A stretch of DNA of 32,000 bases, from NCBI GenBank assembly GCA_018266395.1, contig JAFEAM010000012.1, positions 263,786-295,785 of the forward strand, read 5' to 3'. Source of the stretch: Bacteroidota bacterium. Its GTDB lineage: Bacteria > Bacteroidota > Bacteroidia > Cytophagales > Cyclobacteriaceae. How positions within the stretch are numbered: position 1 is the first letter of the stretch; every line of letters begins with the position of its first letter. This document shows, piece after piece, positions 26,668 to 32,000 of this stretch. The position numbers and the translations under genes are program-made. The notes under the pieces are model-generated. The model worked only from the letters and a program-made list of their open reading frames with translations, did not search any database and was not told the DNA's origin.

Positions 26668-27732
26668 ATGCGAATTCTGAAACCGGTCTTACTAATCTTT
26701 GCTGTAATCAATCTCCTTGTGGGAATGACCAGCGGCCTCGGTCGTATAGGTTGGACTATGCCCCTGCCCGAACTCTACGTACATCACGGTGCGATCATGG
26801 TCGGAGGTTTTCTCGGCAGCCTGATTTCATTGGAAAAGGTCATTCCATTGAAGAAGAACTTATTATATGCAGGGCCTGCGGCAGGCGTGCTCAGTATTAT
26901 TGCTTTGCTTAATGGTCGGTTTGATGTTGCCATTTGGTTGCTGATCTTTTCAAGTGCTGTCCTGATCGTGGTTTACCTGTACTATCTCATACCACATTGG
27001 GATTTCACCTTGATAGTGGCGCTGGCTGGTGCCTGTTGCCTGCTCATCGGGAACATCATCTTACTTCAGAAAAGGATGTACCCGTCTATCTACACCTGGT
27101 GGTTCGGTTTTCTTCTTCTCACCATCGTGTCTGAACGTCTCGAACTTTCCAAATTCCTCCCGGTGCCACCCCTGATGAAGAATTTGCTCAAGGTATTATT
27201 GGCGCTGTTTCTCCTCAATCTCATCAGCCCTTATTTAAACTGGAGGGGTTACTGGATTATGGGAGCGATCATGATGGCCATCAGTCTGTGGCTTCTTCGT
27301 TATGATATGATCCGCATTGGTATCCGCAAGAGCGAACTCACCCGCTTCACCGCGGTGGCGCTGTTATGCGGTTACATCGCCCTTTTTGTGGAAGGATGGT
27401 TTTTGGTAAGCCCTCCGTCAACCCTTGTATTGTACGATCTCGTTCTTCATACCTTCTTTATCGGCTTTGTGTTCATGATGATCTTTGCACATGGGCCCAT
27501 CATTCTTCCAGGTGTGCTCGGCTTTTCGGTCAAGCCTTACCATCCTGCTTTGTATGTTCCACTGATCGGACTCATTCTGTCGCTGAAATTGCGGATCATG
27601 GCAGACCTGGGATGGATCAACTATTCTTGGAGAGCGATCAGCGGCTGGATTTCGGCTGGCAGTATTCTCTTGTATTTTCTGACGATGGCCCTGACTACCC
27701 TCCTAGCGCTGCGTCATGCAAAAACTGCTTAG
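26668..27732 (+). CDS. polytopic (about 12-TM) membrane protein, unknown function, distantly NnrS-like (tentative)
   Basis: The ORF runs 26653..27732 and I preferred the ATG at 26668. It is hydrophobic throughout, with about 12 predicted helices by eye. Intramembrane His motifs are 'YVHHGAIMVGGFLGSLISLEK' and 'LHTFFIGFVFMMIFAHGPIILPG'. An internal echo is 'GGFLGSLISLEK' / 'FGFLLLTIVSERLE'. Confidence 0.7.
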   Translation: MRILKPVLLIFAVINLLVGMTSGLGRIGWTMPLPELYVHHGAIMVGGFLGSLISLEKVIPLKKNLLYAGPAAGVLSIIALLNGRFDVAIWLLIFSSAVLIVVYLYYLIPHWDFTLIVALAGACCLLIGNIILLQKRMYPSIYTWWFGFLLLTIVSERLELSKFLPVPPLMKNLLKVLLALFLLNLISPYLNWRGYWIMGAIMMAISLWLLRYDMIRIGIRKSELTRFTAVALLCGYIALFVEGWFLVSPPSTLVLYDLVLHTFFIGFVFMMIFAHGPIILPGVLGFSVKPYHPALYVPLIGLILSLKLRIMADLGWINYSWRAISGWISAGSILLYFLTMALTTLLALRHAKTA

Positions 27733-28891
27733 GGTACCGGTATTCTTCTTCTTCCTTGCGGGTTGTGTAGGATTGCTGCTTCGCTGGCAGGCGTATCGGC
27801 CGATCAACATCGACTACACCTTTTGGCTGCATGCGCATTCACATGTAATGTTCCTCGGCTGGATTTTCAACGCATTGATGGTGGGAATGATCTGGCGTTT
27901 TGTTCCCGGTGAGAAACAAGCAGGGTACAAACCTTTCCTCTGGTGGATCAACATTATGGTGACAGGAATGCTAATCTCCTTTCCGCTGCAGGGCTATGGG
28001 CTGTTTTCGATTTCCATATCCGCGTTGCATACGCTGCTTGTCCTTGCCGTCATTGTCCGTTTTTTCAGGGACACTTTTGAAAAACGAGATCAACTTCCTG
28101 TGTACGCAGCACGAATTGCGCTTGTCTTCTTTATGATTGCTTCCGCAGGCCCTTTTGTGGTCGGAACCCTGAAGGCCAATGGACTGGGTCAGTCAGACTA
28201 CTATTATCTCGCTGTCTATTACTATCTGCATTTCCAATATAATGGTGCTTTTCTGTTTGGCGTGTTTGCATTGTTGCTGGAATGGTCATCAGGTAAGGGC
28301 ATTAACCCCGACCACACGGCGCTGCGCCGGTCATGGAGGATATTATTTGTTGCTGTTTTTCCGGCTTATGTATTGACGGCCTTATGGACCAAACCCGGAC
28401 TGGCTTTTAATGCCATCGGCTTCATCGCGGGATTGATGCAGATAGTAGCGTGCTTTTATTTGCTTACAGCCATGAGCAGCGTGCCGTCGGATGCATGGCG
28501 TGCGATCTCACGCATAACCCGACGGCTGCTGACCCTTGCGATCATCAGCTTCGTCGTGAAGATCGTATTGCAATTACTGTCATCTTTTCCAGCCATTGCC
28601 CAGCTGGCTTACGAGAACCGTAACATAGTTATCGCCTATCTGCACCTGGTGTTGCTGGGCATGTTTACACTCGCGTTGATGGCATGGTACCATGAACAGC
28701 AGATCGTGAGGCTGAGAGTCTTTTGGACAGGGACCTTTGTACTGAGCTTCATCGTGCTCGAGTTGGTTCTTGTCATTTCAGGATTCACAGAAATCACATC
28801 TCTTCCTGTTCTGCTTCTGGTCACGACTGCAGGGTTGGTAATCGGACTTGGAGGTTGGGGGATGGGGATGAAGAGGGGCGGTGGTGAGTAG
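27716..28891 (+). CDS. polytopic (about 12-TM) His-rich membrane protein, unknown function
   Basis: 391 aa. The start overlaps the upstream stop by 17 nt. A recurring [W/Y]-L-H-x6-F helix motif appears three times: 'WLHAHSHVMF', 'YLHFQYNGAF' and 'YLHLVLLGMF'. Confidence 0.7.
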   Translation: MQKLLRVPVFFFFLAGCVGLLLRWQAYRPINIDYTFWLHAHSHVMFLGWIFNALMVGMIWRFVPGEKQAGYKPFLWWINIMVTGMLISFPLQGYGLFSISISALHTLLVLAVIVRFFRDTFEKRDQLPVYAARIALVFFMIASAGPFVVGTLKANGLGQSDYYYLAVYYYLHFQYNGAFLFGVFALLLEWSSGKGINPDHTALRRSWRILFVAVFPAYVLTALWTKPGLAFNAIGFIAGLMQIVACFYLLTAMSSVPSDAWRAISRITRRLLTLAIISFVVKIVLQLLSSFPAIAQLAYENRNIVIAYLHLVLLGMFTLALMAWYHEQQIVRLRVFWTGTFVLSFIVLELVLVISGFTEITSLPVLLLVTTAGLVIGLGGWGMGMKRGGGE

Positions 28892-28943
28892 TGCGGGCCT
28901 GTTTCATCTCCACAAATTGAAATTCACTAGTAAGAGACTTTTA

Positions 28944-29002
28944 AAGATCATCTTGAAGGCAAGGATTGACTGGAGAGTAGTTATAATGTGGCGGATGATC
29001 TT
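28944..29002. repeat. 9-bp perfect inverted repeat (AAGATCATC ... GATGATCTT) between the membrane-protein stop and the tRNA-Leu 3' end
   Basis: The arms are at 28944-28952 and 28994-29002, separated by 41 nt. It could be a weak bidirectional terminator or processing hairpin, but the long loop makes this uncertain. Confidence 0.3.
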
Positions 29003-29008
29003 AATCTG

Positions 29009-29094
29009 TACCCGGGACGGGAGTTGAACCCGTACAGCCATTACTGGCCACAGGATTTTAAGTCCTGCGTGTCTACCAATTCCACCACCCGGGC
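29009..29094 (-). tRNA. tRNA-Leu (anticodon UAA)
   Basis: I folded the reverse complement by hand. Acceptor GCCCGGG/CCCGGGU; D arm GUG..CAC; anticodon stem CAGGA/UCCUG with loop CUUAAAA; long variable arm GGCCAGUAAUGGCU; T arm ACGGG-UUCAACU-CCCGU; discriminator A73. CCA is not encoded. Confidence 0.9.
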
Positions 29095-29106
29095 ATGACA
29101 ATTGAC

Positions 29107-29137
29107 GATTTGTTGATTTAGTGATTTGAAGATTTGG
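29107..29137. repeat. short AAATCA-type degenerate repeat block (left copy)
   Basis: 'gatttgttgatttagtgatttgaagatttgg'. Its reverse complement shares 'tcaaatcact' and 'aaatcaacaaat' with 29568..29607, so the two blocks form an inverted pair flanking the four-helix-bundle gene. Confidence 0.5.
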
Positions 29138-29399
29138 CTTGCGCTTGAAGTCGGAGACGGACAGTCTTTTTGGAACTTGAAAATATCTTTAGCAGCTCGT
29201 CACTCTCTTTTTCGAGGGCTGCAATGTCAGAAGTTATCGTTCCTGATTTTGTCATAATCGCCATCCAGAAATTGGTTTCATCCATTTCCTCGACGATGAT
29301 ACAAAGCTTGGCGTAGAACTCTGCTTTCGACCTTGCTCTTAGTGCCGCCCGGTAATTAGCAGTTACCGAAGCCACTGAACGTAGCAATTGCCTGCCCAT
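29118..29399 (-). CDS. four-helix-bundle protein (23S rRNA intervening-sequence protein family), apparently N-terminally truncated or degraded
   Basis: 93 aa. 'GRQLLRSVASVTANYRAALRARSKAEFYAKLCIIVEEMDETNFWMAIM' fits the family core (QLxRS..S..AN..EA....S..F..KL.I...E..ET..WL). Family members are usually about 120 aa, and upstream sequence shows family-like fragments in other frames. Confidence 0.6.
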   Translation of the reverse strand: MGRQLLRSVASVTANYRAALRARSKAEFYAKLCIIVEEMDETNFWMAIMTKSGTITSDIAALEKESDELLKIFSSSKKTVRLRLQAQAKSSNH

Positions 29400-29567
29400 A
29401 AAACTTGTATCTATCCGGTAAGGAAGATCAGCAGATCATGACTTTCTATGTACGCAAATTCAGTCACAACCTCCAAATTGGTAATATTTCAAAGACCGGA
29501 AAACCTGATCATCTCAGAATGGTCTATAAACGAAGAATGATTTGAAGAGACGGCTTGTGGCAGTTTC

Positions 29568-29607
29568 CTCAAATCACTCAATCATTCAATCGACAAATCA
29601 ACAAATG
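29568..29607. repeat. short AAATCA-type degenerate repeat block (right copy)
   Basis: 'ctcaaatcactcaatcattcaatcgacaaatcaacaaatg', inverted relative to 29107..29137. Its left end also pairs with 29538..29547 ('tgatttgaag') to give a 9/10-bp hairpin with a 19-nt loop. Confidence 0.5.
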
Positions 29608-29610
29608 TCT

Positions 29611-29684
<74 letters not shown>

Positions 29685-29714
29685 TTACGGCCCTCCTGTT
29701 GCCAAAAGGGACTG

Positions 29715-29745
29715 CAAAGTTAAAACCGATTGTTAAATCTGCAAA
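29715..29745 (-). promoter_or_regulatory. Bacteroidota-type promoter for the tRNA-Gly (and probably 4HB / tRNA-Leu) transcript
   Basis: On the minus strand the sequence reads TTTG (29745-29742), then 19 nt, then TAACTTTG (29722-29715). This matches the -33 TTTG / -7 TAnnTTTG consensus. The -7 box ends 30 nt upstream of the tRNA-Gly 5' end. Confidence 0.45.
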
Positions 29746-29783
29746 TCACGATAATAGGCCGGAAAAGGTTGCAAATAGCCCAA

Positions 29784-30008
29784 TTAGTGGCAACAACCAT
29801 CCTTTTGCATGGGGGGACATTTCACACTTCCGTAAGAACAAAAGACACAGCAATCCCCCGGCTTGGGCTTCAGCAGGGTTTTACAGTGTTCACATTCATA
29901 AAAATACTGGCAAGAATCAAGGGCCATCTCTTCTTCCTTGCTGAAGCCGCAAACAGGACAAGTGATGGCAGAACGAAGAATGATGTTTTCGTTACCGACG
30001 CTTTCCAT
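29784..30008 (-). CDS. GDCCVxC-motif small cysteine-rich protein
   Basis: 74 aa with 11 Cys: 'CPVCG', 'CEHC', 'GDCCVFCSYGSVKCPP' and C-terminal 'GCCH'. The 'GDCCVFC' string matches the GDCCVxC domain name pattern. Confidence 0.7.
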   Translation of the reverse strand: MESVGNENIILRSAITCPVCGFSKEEEMALDSCQYFYECEHCKTLLKPKPGDCCVFCSYGSVKCPPMQKDGCCH

Positions 30009-30017
30009 GCTTCATTA

Positions 30018-31073
30018 CTATTTGGTCATCACCACTTGTTTGATCTTCCCATCGGTATCAAACTCCATCTTGTCGATGCAAGTGACACGGTGATCACGTC
30101 CTTCATTTGGAATGGGACGCCGGTGATAAACGATGTACCACTCATCTGTTCTGGGAACATTGATCACTGAGTTATGACCTGCGCCTGTGGCTATGTCTTT
30201 GTTGCTCTGCAAAATGGTACCGACTTTTTCAAACGGACCTGTAACCTTGTCGGCGATCGCATAAGCAACTTTGTAAGTATCGTTGGTCCATCCGCCTTCA
30301 GACCACATGAAATAGTATTTACCCTTTCGAACGAAAAGGAAAGGACCCTCGACATATCCGGCCGGTGTTATTTCCCTGAATAAGGCACCATCGTCCCAGG
30401 GAATGAACCCCGTAAAATCCACCTTTAGTTTGCCTAGGTTGCAGTGGCTCCACCCTCCATAGAACATGTAATATTGGTTGTCCCAGTCTTTGAAAACGAA
30501 TTGATCGATCGGCTGCGCCCGGTTGTAGAATTCTGCAATCAACGGTTTACCCAGGTAATCTTTATAGGGTCCCGCAGGATAATCAGCGATTGCAATGCCA
30601 ATCCCACCATGATGGTTGATGGTATTCTTCTCATCCCAGTAGGGTCCACCTGGTTGTTGTACATCGTTGGCCGAAAAGAACAGGTAATAGTGATCGTCTT
30701 TTCTGACGACCGCCGGCGCCCACATTGCCTGCCTGGCCCATTTGATTACGGAGGTGTCTAGAACATGATCATGCTTTTTCCAGTGCATCAGGTCAGAGGA
30801 GGAAAAGGCATCAAAGAACACCTGCTTTTCATAAGCAGCAGAGTAGGTGGGAAAGATCCAATATGTGCTGTCGAAGACAACTCCTTCAGGATCGGCGTAC
30901 CAGCCGTTGAAGATGGGATTGGCAGCAACACCCTTATCGTCGCTGGTGTGTTTCGGGTTACATGAAGCAAGAATAAAAAGTAGTGCGCCTGATAGAAACA
31001 AACTTTGCGCGAAAACCAGAGTGCGGTTATATTTTGTCAAAACCCGGTTTAGAGAAATTTCCAGGTGAACCAT
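30018..31073 (-). CDS. glycoside hydrolase family 43 (beta-xylosidase / alpha-L-arabinofuranosidase-like), lipoprotein
   Basis: 351 aa with a signal/lipobox, 'LFLSGALLFILASC'. GH43 motifs are 'NPIFNGWYADPEGVVF' (catalytic Asp region), 'MWAPAVVRKDDHYYLFFSAN' and 'YVEGPFLFVRKGKYYFMWSEG' (catalytic Glu). Confidence 0.85.
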   Translation of the reverse strand: MVHLEISLNRVLTKYNRTLVFAQSLFLSGALLFILASCNPKHTSDDKGVAANPIFNGWYADPEGVVFDSTYWIFPTYSAAYEKQVFFDAFSSSDLMHWKKHDHVLDTSVIKWARQAMWAPAVVRKDDHYYLFFSANDVQQPGGPYWDEKNTINHHGGIGIAIADYPAGPYKDYLGKPLIAEFYNRAQPIDQFVFKDWDNQYYMFYGGWSHCNLGKLKVDFTGFIPWDDGALFREITPAGYVEGPFLFVRKGKYYFMWSEGGWTNDTYKVAYAIADKVTGPFEKVGTILQSNKDIATGAGHNSVINVPRTDEWYIVYHRRPIPNEGRDHRVTCIDKMEFDTDGKIKQVVMTK

Positions 31074-31082
31074 CCAGCTTGA

Positions 31083-32000
31083 TCAGATGGCGACATCTTC
31101 TTCAACCGCCTCGCTTTGCTTCACGCCTTTCTGTTCATACTGCTTCCGGAGTTCAATGGCGTGTTTCCGATTCTTGGAATAGAGGACATACTTTGGAACT
31201 TCCTTCAGGTCGTGGATGAGTCCCAATGCCGCAAAAGAACGAAGGATGTAGTAGGTAATGTCGATTTCCCACCAGAAGAAACCCTGACGGGTGGAGACTT
31301 CATAATAATGGTGGTTATTGTGCCATCCTTCTCCCATAGTAAGGAGGGCCAGCCATACACTGTTCTTTGACTCGTCCCCGGTGTCATATCGGGGCTTGCC
31401 GAACTTATGCATGATCGAATTAATTGAAAATGTACCATGGTAAAGAATTACCGTGCTCAGAAAGAACCCTATGAATAGGGCAGAAAATCCATAATGACTG
31501 AACATCAGAGCGGGGCTGCCACCGTTGACCCAGGCACCCAGCGCCATGACAGTAAGGGCGAGAAGAGTTGGGGGTATGAGGTAGTACTTGTTCAGCCACC
31601 TCAGTTCAGGATACTTGGCATAGTCTCCGATAACCTTGTAGTCTGTATCCTTGAAATCAGGTCCGACGATCCAGCCCACGTGTGAGTACCAGAAACCATA
31701 GATCTTCATGCTGTGCGGATCCTTGGGCGTGTCGCTGTAGCGGTGGTGATGACGATGATGGGCGGCCCACCACAATGCACCCTTCTGCGCTGAGGTCTCA
31801 GCCATGAAGGCGATGATGAATTGAAACCAGCGTGAGGTCTTGTAGGACTTGTGTGCGAAGTAACGATGGTATCCGCCTGTAATCCAGAACATCCGGAAGA
31901 AATACAGGAAGATGCACGTCATCCAATCAAAGAAAGTAGCCCCGGTAAATAGAGCCCCAAGCGGCAACAAATGAATTGCAATGAATGCCAGTTCCTGTTT
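31083..32000 (-). CDS. acyl-CoA (delta-9-type) fatty-acid desaturase (5' end outside the window)
   Basis: The His boxes 'HRYFAH', 'HHRHHHRYSD' and 'HNNHHYY' are all present. The frame stays open from 31970 to the window edge (…KQELAFIAIHLLPLG…), so the true start lies beyond 32000. Confidence 0.9.
   Translation of the reverse strand, partial: KQELAFIAIHLLPLGALFTGATFFDWMTCIFLYFFRMFWITGGYHRYFAHKSYKTSRWFQFIIAFMAETSAQKGALWWAAHHRHHHRYSDTPKDPHSMKIYGFWYSHVGWIVGPDFKDTDYKVIGDYAKYPELRWLNKYYLIPPTLLALTVMALGAWVNGGSPALMFSHYGFSALFIGFFLSTVILYHGTFSINSIMHKFGKPRYDTGDESKNSVWLALLTMGEGWHNNHHYYEVSTRQGFFWWEIDITYYILRSFAALGLIHDLKEVPKYVLYSKNRKHAIELRKQYEQKGVKQSEAVEEDVAI

Noticed and set aside
26613-26912. A 99-aa plus-strand ORF in an alternative frame at the start of the membrane-protein gene, and 27366..27770 in another frame.
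   Set aside because: The 26668..27732 frame gives a continuous, coherent polytopic membrane protein. The alternative frames are Arg/Cys-rich shadow products.
28904-29101. A 65-aa minus-strand ORF.
   Set aside because: It is almost entirely the tRNA-Leu(UAA) gene read as protein.

Overview
This is a chromosomal window with about 50% GC by eye. I infer a Bacteroidota-type genome from a MurF-Alr fusion, a TTTG-N19-TAnnTTTG promoter, lipoprotein and TonB-type proteins, and genes without obvious Shine-Dalgarno sites. I support 29 protein-coding genes (two cut by the window edges) and 2 tRNA genes. I saw no CRISPR array, transposase, integrase or phage genes.

Layout:
- 1-11.3 kb: housekeeping genes (exonuclease, RNase R, polyprenyl synthase, RluD, MurF-Alr, tRNA-binding protein, aldo/keto reductase).
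- 11.3-16.8 kb: a three-gene RND efflux operon.
- 17-29 kb: the interesting part. It holds a quinol-NOR-family gene whose active-site residues look like those of proposed NO dismutases. It also holds a tandem tryptophanase-like and tyrosine-phenol-lyase-like pair, and a compact operon of an alpha-oxoamine synthase, a GNAT-like acyltransferase and an SDR reductase (ceramide- or sulfonolipid-type). An Rrf2 regulator with a 3-Cys motif is divergent from two translationally coupled 12-TM His-rich membrane proteins of unknown function.
- 29-32 kb: a tRNA-Leu / degraded four-helix-bundle gene / tRNA-Gly islet with short repeats, a GDCCVxC Cys-rich protein, a GH43 hydrolase and an acyl-CoA desaturase.

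A nearly identical 26-bp palindrome (AATAAAGGA-N8-TCCCTTATT) sits at about the same distance upstream of both the NOR-like gene and the lipid operon. This suggests one shared regulator.

All family calls come from motif reading and remembered reference sequences. No alignments or database searches were run.
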